Positions 56,406 to 64,000 of a DNA stretch of 64,000 nt are shown here, piece by piece. A program made the position numbers and the translations under genes. The notes under the pieces were generated by a model, which saw only the letters and a program-made list of their open reading frames with translations, was not told where the DNA came from and made no database searches. The stretch is taken from NCBI GenBank assembly GCA_023416135.1, contig JAEZIF010000296.1:10611-74610 (forward strand). The letters are read 5' to 3'. Position 1 is the first letter of the stretch. Each line of letters starts with the position of its first letter. Source of the stretch: Pseudomonadota bacterium. GTDB lineage: Bacteria; Pseudomonadota; Alphaproteobacteria; Reyranellales; Reyranellaceae.

Positions 56406-57365
56406 GTGACAATAGCTAGGACGCTTATCTGTGCGGCGATGTTGCTTGGAGTTCCAGCCACATCTCACGCACAGTCGATCGATCCGTTCCAGGGGTTCTA
56501 CGTTGGCATCGGCGGTGGCGCCGACTGGGCTATCGGAACGCCGCCCACCGGGGTTTCGACTTGGACTGGCTGGGCCGTTGGTGGCAAAGCCGGCTATGAC
56601 TTCGTCGGCCCACGCGTGGAACTCGAGGTTGGCTACGGTCAGATATCGACCAGCGCCAACATTCCCGGCACGGCTATTGTTGGCAAGATTGGCTCGCTCA
56701 ACGTGATGGGCAACGTGCTGTACGATTTCATGCCGGCCTCATTGATCACGCCTTATATCGGCGCCGGTGCTGGTGTGGCCTTCGTCGATAGCAATGCCGC
56801 GCTGGGCAGCACGCAGTTTGCCTATCAGGGTATGCTGGGGCTGGCGGCTAACGTCAGCAATTCGATGCGCATCATGGTTGAAGGCCGCTACTTCGGCACC
56901 ACGAATCCCAGCGTGAACGTTCCGGGCGTGGGCACCGTCAGCTACTCGAACCAGAACATCCTCGCCTTGCTGGGCGTGCAATTCAAGTTTGGCGCGCCGG
57001 AGGCCCCGCCGTCGCCGCCGCCGCCGGCGGTTGCGCCGCCGTCGTTCATGGTGTTCTTCGACTGGGACCGGTCGAACCTGAGCCAGCAGGCGCTGAACAC
57101 GATCAAGCAGGCCGCGGCCGCGTTCAAGACCAAGGGCAACGCCCGTATCACGGCGACCGGCCACACCGACACGTCGGGCCCGGAAGCCTACAACATGGCG
57201 CTGTCGCTGCGCCGCGCCAACGCAGTGAAGGACGCCCTGGTGCGTGAGGGCGTGCCGGCGCAGGCGATCACGGTGATCGGCATGGGCGAGAAGGGCCTGC
57301 TGGTCCAGACCGGTGACGGCGTGCGCGAGCCGCAGAACCGCCGCGTCGAGATCGTCATCCAATAG
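56406..57365 (+). CDS. OmpA family outer membrane protein (beta-barrel + Pro linker + peptidoglycan-binding domain)
   Basis: Signal peptide SHA-Q, GFYVGIGGG, TPYIGAGAG, PPSPPPP, VFFDWD, GHTDTSG, YNMALSLRRA, NRRVEI. Confidence 0.95.
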   Translation: MTIARTLICAAMLLGVPATSHAQSIDPFQGFYVGIGGGADWAIGTPPTGVSTWTGWAVGGKAGYDFVGPRVELEVGYGQISTSANIPGTAIVGKIGSLNVMGNVLYDFMPASLITPYIGAGAGVAFVDSNAALGSTQFAYQGMLGLAANVSNSMRIMVEGRYFGTTNPSVNVPGVGTVSYSNQNILALLGVQFKFGAPEAPPSPPPPAVAPPSFMVFFDWDRSNLSQQALNTIKQAAAAFKTKGNARITATGHTDTSGPEAYNMALSLRRANAVKDALVREGVPAQAITVIGMGEKGLLVQTGDGVREPQNRRVEIVIQ

Positions 57366-57382
57366 CATCGGCGATCGCGGAG

Positions 57383-57415
57383 AAAAGGACGGCCGCAGGG
57401 CCGTCCTTTTTGTTT
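57383..57415 (+). terminator. Rho-independent terminator (likely bidirectional)
   Basis: AAAAGGACGGCC-GCAG-GGCCGTCCTTTTTGTTT. Confidence 0.92.
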
Positions 57416-57554
57416 GAGGTCAGGCTTGACGAAGGCGATGCGTAGTCTTCTACATGGGACTGCAATTATCTTTGACACCTCTCGATAGGGCGTCCTACAA
57501 GCGGCGAGGCGGCAGGGCGGCAACTGCCTAGTGATGTTGAAAAAGGGGCAGGGC

Positions 57555-58916
57555 ATGCACGACGAGCTGGAGGAGCGCGCGCCCGCAGGATTGGTCTCGG
57601 CCCTTGTCCAGCGCTTTTCCGCTCGTCAGGCGACCGTCGCAATCATCGGCTTGGGGTATGTCGGCCTGCCACTCGCCTGCGCTTTTGCACGTGCAGGCTT
57701 CACTGTGCTGGGGGTCGACATAGATCCGGGCAAGGTACAGCAGCTAAACGCGGGCCAGTCCTACATACGGCACATCGACGCCTCTGAAATTTTCGAAGCG
57801 CGCAAGACGGGCCGATTCGTCGCGACATCGGACTTTGCGCGCCTCACCGAGGTCGACGCCATCATCCTGTGCGTGCCGACGCCGCTGACGCGCTACCGCG
57901 AACCAGATCTTTCGTTCGTCACGGGCACGGCGGAGTCGATCGCTCCCCACCTCAAACCCGGCCACCTGGTCGTTCTCGAGTCGACGACTTTCCCCGGTAC
58001 TACGCGCGACGTGCTGAAACCGATCCTGGAAAGGACTGGCTTGCATTCCGGTCGCGACTTCTTCCTTGCCTATTCGCCGGAGCGTGAAGACCCTGGCAAT
58101 AGCCATTATTCCACAGCGGCCATTCCCAAAGTCGTCGGCGGCGAGGGCCCGCATGCACTACGGTTGGCGTGCGCACTCTACGACGAAGTTGTGGCACGCA
58201 CCGTGCCGGCGTCGTCGCTAGAGGCGGCCGAGGCCGTGAAACTCACCGAGAACATCTTCCGCTCGGTCAATATTGCGCTGGTCAACGAACTCAAGATCGT
58301 GTTCGAGGCAATGGGCATCGACGTTTGGGAGGTGATTGAGACGGCAAAGACCAAGCCCTTCGGATACATGCCGTTCTACCCGGGGCCGGGACTCGGCGGC
58401 CACTGCATACCGATCGATCCATTCTACCTGACCTGGAAGGCGCGGGAGTACGACCTAGTCACGCGTTTCATCGAATTGGCGGGCGAGATCAACACCGCGA
58501 TGCCGTATCGGGTCGTCGATCGGACGATCCAGACGTTGAACGAGCGTCGCCGATTGGCGTCCAAGGGGGCAAGCGTGCTGGTTGTAGGCGTCGCCTACAA
58601 GAAGAACGTGGACGATACGCGAGAGAGTCCAGCGTTCAAGATAATGGAGCTCTTGGAGAAACGGGGAGCCCGGGTCTCATTCTACGACCCTATCGTGAAA
58701 CAAATTCCGCCGATGCGGGAGCACGCCGAATTTGTCGGAAGGCGCTCGGTTCAATTCACTCGAGACGTGATCGAGGCCTTCGATGTCGCCATTATTTGCA
58801 CGGATCACGATGCTGTGGACTACCGTCAGCTCGTCGGCTGGTCGCGTCTGATCGTCGATACCCGTAATGCATGCGGTCATCGCTCGATCGTTGGCGAGCA
58901 TGTAGTGAAAGCATGA
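57555..58916 (+). CDS. Nucleotide sugar dehydrogenase (UDP-GlcNAc 6-dehydrogenase WbpA/WecC-like)
   Basis: IIGLGYVGLPLA, CVPTPL, LESTTFPGTT, SPEREDPGN, KLTENIFRSVNIALVNE, PGPGLGGHCIPIDP, YKKNVDDTRESP. Confidence 0.93.
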   Translation: MHDELEERAPAGLVSALVQRFSARQATVAIIGLGYVGLPLACAFARAGFTVLGVDIDPGKVQQLNAGQSYIRHIDASEIFEARKTGRFVATSDFARLTEVDAIILCVPTPLTRYREPDLSFVTGTAESIAPHLKPGHLVVLESTTFPGTTRDVLKPILERTGLHSGRDFFLAYSPEREDPGNSHYSTAAIPKVVGGEGPHALRLACALYDEVVARTVPASSLEAAEAVKLTENIFRSVNIALVNELKIVFEAMGIDVWEVIETAKTKPFGYMPFYPGPGLGGHCIPIDPFYLTWKAREYDLVTRFIELAGEINTAMPYRVVDRTIQTLNERRRLASKGASVLVVGVAYKKNVDDTRESPAFKIMELLEKRGARVSFYDPIVKQIPPMREHAEFVGRRSVQFTRDVIEAFDVAIICTDHDAVDYRQLVGWSRLIVDTRNACGHRSIVGEHVVKA

Positions 58917-58980
58917 TACTGCGGCGGCACTGCGGAGCCTCCAGGCATCTTTGGACGAGCGATGTAGAACGGTTGCTGCG

Positions 58981-59985
58981 ATGCGCTATTTGATTACAGG
59001 AACAGCCGGCTTCATCGGCTCCCATCTCGCGGCTCGACTGCTGCAGCAGGGCCATGACGTTCTCGGCATCGATGGCATGACCGCGTACTATGACGTAGGT
59101 CTCAAGGAAGCTAGGCACGCGTGGCTCGCCACGTTTGAACGCTTCAAGCCATACCGGATCCTACTGTCGGAACTGGGCTCGATTGCGACGGACATCGAGG
59201 CGTTTGAGCCTGAAATCGTCCTGCATTTGGCAGCGCAACCGAGTGTGCGTTACAGCATCGAGAACCCGAGGGCATACATCGACGCGAACATTGGTGGTAG
59301 CTTCGATCTGCTTGAAATGTGCCGCCACCTCCGCCCGCGGCATGTGTTGATTGCTTCCACGAGCGCCGTCTATGCAGTCAGCGCTGACGCTCCTCTCGCC
59401 GAAACCGCTGGAACGGATTGGCCGCTTTCAATCTATGCCGCGTCCAAGAAATCCATGGAGGTATTGGCGCACAGCTATTCGCACCTGTGGGACATTCCGA
59501 CGACCGTCTTGCGCTTCTTTACTGCCTATGGGCCATGGGGGCGTCCCGACATGGCGCTGTCCCTCTTCGTCCAGAACATTCTGGCGGGCCGCCCGATTGA
59601 CATTTACAACCATGGAAAGCTCCAGCGAGACTTTACTTACATTGATGACATCGTCGAAGGTACGTTGCGGCTCTGCGAATTTGTACCGTTGCGCCGAGGC
59701 GACGAAGTCTCCCCGGTGGATACGAAGAGTCCTGCGGCTCCATACCGCGTCGTCAATATCGGGGGCGGTCAGCCAACTGATCTTCTGGAATTCATCAATG
59801 AGATCGAGCGGGCTCTCGGAATGAAGGCGAAGCGCAATTTCCTGGGATTGCAGCCTGGGGAAGTTCTACGGACAGAGGCCTCTACCGAGCTATTGGAGAC
59901 CTTGACAGGGTTCAGGCCCGCAACCCCGATATCCGTCGGCATTGACCGTTTCGTCAAATGGTATCGTGAATACTATCGAGTTTGA
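58981..59985 (+). CDS. NAD-dependent epimerase (UDP-glucuronate 4-epimerase, LspL/CapI-like)
   Basis: ITGTAGFIG, HLAAQPSVRYSIENP, YAASKK, RFFTAYGPWGRPDMA, RDFTYIDD. Confidence 0.93.
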   Translation: MRYLITGTAGFIGSHLAARLLQQGHDVLGIDGMTAYYDVGLKEARHAWLATFERFKPYRILLSELGSIATDIEAFEPEIVLHLAAQPSVRYSIENPRAYIDANIGGSFDLLEMCRHLRPRHVLIASTSAVYAVSADAPLAETAGTDWPLSIYAASKKSMEVLAHSYSHLWDIPTTVLRFFTAYGPWGRPDMALSLFVQNILAGRPIDIYNHGKLQRDFTYIDDIVEGTLRLCEFVPLRRGDEVSPVDTKSPAAPYRVVNIGGGQPTDLLEFINEIERALGMKAKRNFLGLQPGEVLRTEASTELLETLTGFRPATPISVGIDRFVKWYREYYRV

Positions 59986-60157
59986 TTCGATCAATGGCGC
60001 GAGCGCTGCTCTGATCGGCACCGCTTTGTCGAATTCTATCCTGAGTACGATAGGTCTGGGCCGAGAGAGCTCGGAACGTCGAGGAAATGTTTTGCTGGCT
60101 GCTCGCCTATCTACTGTCGTCCCTGAGGCGTTGCGCGACCTTGATGCACCAGGGCAG

Positions 60158-62110
60158 GTGAGCTTCGAACTCAACTTTCCCGAAGGCTTGCCGGCGGGAC
60201 GCTGGCTGCGAATTCGATATCAAATGACGCTTTACGGTTCTGCCGCGCGGCCTGTGCTTCGCTTGCGGACGCACTCCGGTGATCTGCAGAACCCGATGTC
60301 CGCTGCGTTGTTTGGTGCGGCCGAATGGATCGGGCATATTCCGGCCGACACCTTCGGCATCCGAGTCTCGCTGCCGACGGGACTGGATGGCAAGGCCTTC
60401 AAACTGGTGTCCTGCGAGGTCCTCTCGAGGTGGCGTCTGCTCGTCATCGCCACGCGGCACAGTCCGTTGGCAGCGCTTCGTATCGTCGGGTTGCGCCTGT
60501 TGGGACCTGCGATTGTCGCCCGGACGTCGATGGAAGAACTGCTCGGTGCTACGCCGCTGGCTCGCTACGATCAATGGCGTGCGCGAAATTGCAGGCCCTT
60601 GGACGAGCGGGAACTGGAGGCCCCCCGCGACGGCTGGCGCAATGGACCGCATATTCGGGTCGTCATCGCTGGCGTGGCGGGCATGCGCTCGAACGACATT
60701 TCGGCGACCATCGACTCGCTGCATCGGCAGAGCTATCCACATTGGTCACTGACGCTGATCGGCGAAAGCCCGATCGGTCTTGCGGCGCACCAATCTGCAT
60801 CCGGTACACCGGTCTGCGTCGGCGCCGAGGCTAAGGCCCTTGCTCTTTGGAGCGATCTTGCACCCGACGACATCGTCTTGCCGATCGTCCCCGGGGACAT
60901 CGTTCCAGCCTATGGTTTCGCGGCGCTCGCAACCTTTGCCGCCTCCCACCCCGACGCGGCCCTGTTCTACGGCGACGAGGATTCGATCGACGGCAGAGGC
61001 CGATACCTCGCACCTGAATTCAAGCCGGACTGGAGTCCGATCTTCCAGGAAGGCAGGCCCTACCTCGGGCGGGCGGTGTGCTGCCGCCGATCAGCCCTTG
61101 CCGAGCAAGACCAGGACGCAGGTGTTGGATGGACCCATCCGGAACGCTTCGCATCGCTTTTTCGCAGCGGAAGGTCACGGATCGGGCACGTCCGCAGGCT
61201 GCTGATCACAAAGCAATGGCAGGACGACCGCTCGACCGAATGGCAGGCCGGAGTGCCGGGCTTTCCTGCACCTTCTGTCGGATCCGCAGCGCAGCCGCCG
61301 ATCACCATCATTGTCCCAACACGGGATCGAGCTGATTTGCTCGCGGAGTGCTTGTCGGGCATCGCGCTCACCGAGTATCCGGCCTTCGATGTCCTCATCG
61401 TCGACAACGGTAGCGTGGAAGCCAAGACGCATGCGTTGCTCGAGCACGCTGCATCCCGGCGGGCCGTCGATGTCCTGACGGTGGCCGGCGTCTTCAATTT
61501 TTCGGCGCTGTGCAACCGCGCGGCGGAGGCGGCCACCGGCAAGGTCCTCGTTTTCCTCAACAATGATACCAGGCCGCTTGGCCCCGACTGGCTGGGCAGG
61601 CTCGTCACCTGGGCAGCACGGCCCGACGTCGGAGCCGTGGGAGCTAAGCTGGTATACCCGGGCGGTCGGCTCCAGCATGCGGGGGTCGTGCTCGGCCTTG
61701 GGGGATACGCTGCGCACATCGAGAGTGGCGCCGACGCCGCATCGTCCGGCTATCTCGGCGGCTTGACGGTGCCGAGGGAAGTCTCTGCGGTGACGGCCGC
61801 GTGCCTTGCCGTGGAAGCGACCAAGTTCCGGGCAGTCGGCGGCTTTGATGCAGAGCGATTTCCCGTCGAGTTGGGCGACATCGATTTCTGTTTGAGGCTG
61901 GCGGCACGGGGTTGTAGGACGGTCTTCGCGGCGGATGCGCTGCTGATGCATCATGAATCTGCGACCAGAGGGAAGGCACGAGACTTGAGCGTCCGCTACG
62001 CGCTGGAGCGGGCAAATTTTCTCGCAAGCTGGAAGAGCGAGATTGCGGACGATCCGTACTTCCATCCGGCTCTGTCGCTCAGCGCCCTGCAGACAAGTCT
62101 CGATCGATAG
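60158..62110 (+). CDS. Large glycosyltransferase family 2 protein (degenerate + intact GT2 domains)
   Basis: YGDED, FKPDWSP, IIVPTRD, IVDNGS, FNFSALCN, FLNND, QHAGVVLG, AVTAAC, DIDFCL, HHESATRG; start uncertain (frame open from 59942). Confidence 0.88.
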   Translation: MSFELNFPEGLPAGRWLRIRYQMTLYGSAARPVLRLRTHSGDLQNPMSAALFGAAEWIGHIPADTFGIRVSLPTGLDGKAFKLVSCEVLSRWRLLVIATRHSPLAALRIVGLRLLGPAIVARTSMEELLGATPLARYDQWRARNCRPLDERELEAPRDGWRNGPHIRVVIAGVAGMRSNDISATIDSLHRQSYPHWSLTLIGESPIGLAAHQSASGTPVCVGAEAKALALWSDLAPDDIVLPIVPGDIVPAYGFAALATFAASHPDAALFYGDEDSIDGRGRYLAPEFKPDWSPIFQEGRPYLGRAVCCRRSALAEQDQDAGVGWTHPERFASLFRSGRSRIGHVRRLLITKQWQDDRSTEWQAGVPGFPAPSVGSAAQPPITIIVPTRDRADLLAECLSGIALTEYPAFDVLIVDNGSVEAKTHALLEHAASRRAVDVLTVAGVFNFSALCNRAAEAATGKVLVFLNNDTRPLGPDWLGRLVTWAARPDVGAVGAKLVYPGGRLQHAGVVLGLGGYAAHIESGADAASSGYLGGLTVPREVSAVTAACLAVEATKFRAVGGFDAERFPVELGDIDFCLRLAARGCRTVFAADALLMHHESATRGKARDLSVRYALERANFLASWKSEIADDPYFHPALSLSALQTSLDR

Positions 62111-62134
62111 CAGGCGGGATCGGCCTAAAGCTGA

Positions 62135-63670
62135 ATGCCATATACGACGCCCTCCCGCTACGACGCTCGGACATCATGGAGAGCCGCGGCTTGCGATGTA
62201 CTGAGGGCCAAATGGGAACGAGTCTCCCTATGGTTTACCCGCGTCTTCGTCGAGGGGCTGGTTTTGACCAGCCCGGTCGGATGGCTCCTGCGTCCTACAC
62301 TTCGGCGGCTGATGGCGTCTCACCTCGCTCTGCTGGCGACGCGTTTCGATCGGGAGTTCTATCTCAGTCAGTTCGAAAATGGCGACTACCGCCGCCTCGT
62401 GGGTCAGGAGCCGCTGCTGCACTATGCTCTGTTCGGTTGGTGCTCGGGGCGCTGGCCATCGCCGACCTTCGATGCGGACTTCTACCGTCGCCACAACGTC
62501 GGCATGAAGATCGGCGATCCCCTGCTGCACCATTTGGCTCGCCCGGGAGCGGGCACGCGGCCGACCAACGAGCTGCAGGCGAAACCACATCCGTTGCCGC
62601 CGAGGCAGGTCGGCCGGGAGGCGATCCTCGTCTTCAACCACCCGCGAGGTGGGGGCAGCAGCCATTTTCTCGATCTCTACCTGGCGGCGCACGCCGACAG
62701 GAGCTTCAACGTCCTCCTGGCGCAGGCCGTTCGCCGTTCTCCGGCGCTGGTTGTCGTGGATCGGCACTCCTTCGATCTCAGCGCCGAGCGCCGGAAGCTC
62801 GTCGCATTCGCGCGACAGCGCGGCGTCACCCGGATCCTGGTCAATCACTTGGTCGACCGGCCGGTGGCGATGATGGAATGGGTGCGCGAGCTGAGCACGC
62901 AGCTGGCTGTTCCCTACGACGCCATCCTGCACGATTACTATGTGCTTTGCCCTCGCGTCGATCTCGTCGCCGGCGATGGGACCTTTTGCGGAATCGCACC
63001 GCCGGAAATCTGCTTGCGCTGCGTCACCGAGCATGGCGCCGAGGTGAGCCGGTTCGATCCCTTGTCCTGGCGGCACAATCACCTGGCCTTTCTCGAAGGG
63101 GCGGATCGGGTCGTGGTCCCGAGCGACGATAGCGCCGAACGACTGCGACCCCACGTGCGGAAGGCAATCATCGTCTGGCGTCCCGAGGATGATACATGCC
63201 TGCCGCCCGAGCGAACGCCTCGGCTTTCGGTCGACGACCCGCTGCGCGTTGCCGTCCTGGGAGCGCTCAACGTGTCGAAGGGCCTTCGCGTCGTGCAAGC
63301 GCTGGCCGAGGCGATCCGACACAATGGTGCTCCGCTGGCGTTATCTGTGTTGGGCCCGACGTCGGAGCGCCTGCCGCCGGGCGTGACGGTGACCGGCGCC
63401 TATCGTCCGGACCAACTCGATCGCCTGATCGCTGAGGCCGCGCCCCATGTGATCCTGTTTCCGGCGATATGGCCGGAAACCTGGTCGTTTGTGCTGACAG
63501 AGGGTTTGAAGAGAGGGCTGCCGATCGTGGCATTCGACCTGGGGGCGCCGGCGGCCCGTTTGCGTGCCCTGCGTCGCGGGCTGTTGTTGCCGCTGGTGCT
63601 GGCGAAACAGCCACAGCGCCTCCTCGATGAGCTATTGCGACTTCGTAGTAGCTACATCGTCCGCACGTGA
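62135..63670 (+). CDS. Glycosyltransferase (GT-B) with N-terminal FDxxFY/PLLHY repeats
   Basis: FDREFYL...EPLLHY...PSPTFDADFY...DPLLH; LHDYYVLCPR; FPAIWPETWSFVLTE; FDLGAPAAR. Confidence 0.82.
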   Translation: MPYTTPSRYDARTSWRAAACDVLRAKWERVSLWFTRVFVEGLVLTSPVGWLLRPTLRRLMASHLALLATRFDREFYLSQFENGDYRRLVGQEPLLHYALFGWCSGRWPSPTFDADFYRRHNVGMKIGDPLLHHLARPGAGTRPTNELQAKPHPLPPRQVGREAILVFNHPRGGGSSHFLDLYLAAHADRSFNVLLAQAVRRSPALVVVDRHSFDLSAERRKLVAFARQRGVTRILVNHLVDRPVAMMEWVRELSTQLAVPYDAILHDYYVLCPRVDLVAGDGTFCGIAPPEICLRCVTEHGAEVSRFDPLSWRHNHLAFLEGADRVVVPSDDSAERLRPHVRKAIIVWRPEDDTCLPPERTPRLSVDDPLRVAVLGALNVSKGLRVVQALAEAIRHNGAPLALSVLGPTSERLPPGVTVTGAYRPDQLDRLIAEAAPHVILFPAIWPETWSFVLTEGLKRGLPIVAFDLGAPAARLRALRRGLLLPLVLAKQPQRLLDELLRLRSSYIVRT

Positions 63671-64000
63671 TTGCTGTTCGTTGGCCGGGTCCAGAACGGG
63701 AATGATCGTTTCGAAATGGCGTTGCCAGCTCGGTGCCCTCCAGTCGCGCAGCCTTTGGATCTGGGTCTGCCGACGCTTCGAATCCGCTGGGACATAGTCG
63801 ATGATGGCCTGTCGCCAGGTCGGCCCGTCGAGAGGATCGATGAATTCCGGTACGTCGCCGCCGACTTCGCGGAAAACCGCAATGTCGCTGCACAGCACGG
63901 GAGCGCCGAGAGCCAGCGCTTCGGCCAACGGCAATCCATAGCCTTCGGCGAACGACGGCATGAGCAGGGCGCGGGCGCCGCGCACGAGCGCCGCCATCTC
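63632..64000 (-). CDS. Glycosyltransferase family 4, C-terminal part (5' end outside window)
   Basis: ALLMPSFAEGYGLPLAEALALGAPVLCSDIAVFREV, PSWQRHF. Confidence 0.88.
   Translation of the reverse strand, partial: EMAALVRGARALLMPSFAEGYGLPLAEALALGAPVLCSDIAVFREVGGDVPEFIDPLDGPTWRQAIIDYVPADSKRRQTQIQRLRDWRAPSWQRHFETIIPVLDPANEQQSRADDVATTKSQ

Noticed and set aside
1..64000. tRNA, rRNA, IS/transposase, integrase, prophage or defence system
   Set aside because: None recognised by eye; DUF2161 and YcaQ appear as ordinary standalone genes

Overview
GC-rich alphaproteobacterial DNA; the OmpA protein and gene content suggest a Reyranella/Rhodospirillales-like organism (inference, not searched). 1-8 kb: egtB-egtD (ergothioneine), a candidate stress sRNA, an amidohydrolase, a YcaQ-family glycosylase, a decayed amidase, a single-domain response regulator, DUF2161 and a transglutaminase remnant. 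8.3-45.6 kb: a mosaic surface-glycan island with an O-antigen-ligase-family gene, priming transferase, asnB, about 12 glycosyltransferases, 4 methyltransferases, glf, an inverted wzm-wzt block, a Wzy-like protein, a secreted GAGPLQ-repeat protein, two BBP2-type beta-barrels, a short OPX lipoprotein, Wzc and a PPP-family phosphatase. 45.6-56 kb (minus strand): a four-gene operon of a reducing type I PKS (RkpA/WcbR-like), alpha-oxoamine synthase, SDR and CDP-alcohol phosphotransferase. Its logic resembles synthesis of a PKS-derived sphingoid-like phospholipid, and it is the best candidate for a novel system. 56.4-64 kb: OmpA, nucleotide-sugar enzymes and further glycosyltransferases. No rRNA, tRNA, CRISPR array or IS element was recognised. 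All calls come from motif recognition by eye; no database searches were run.
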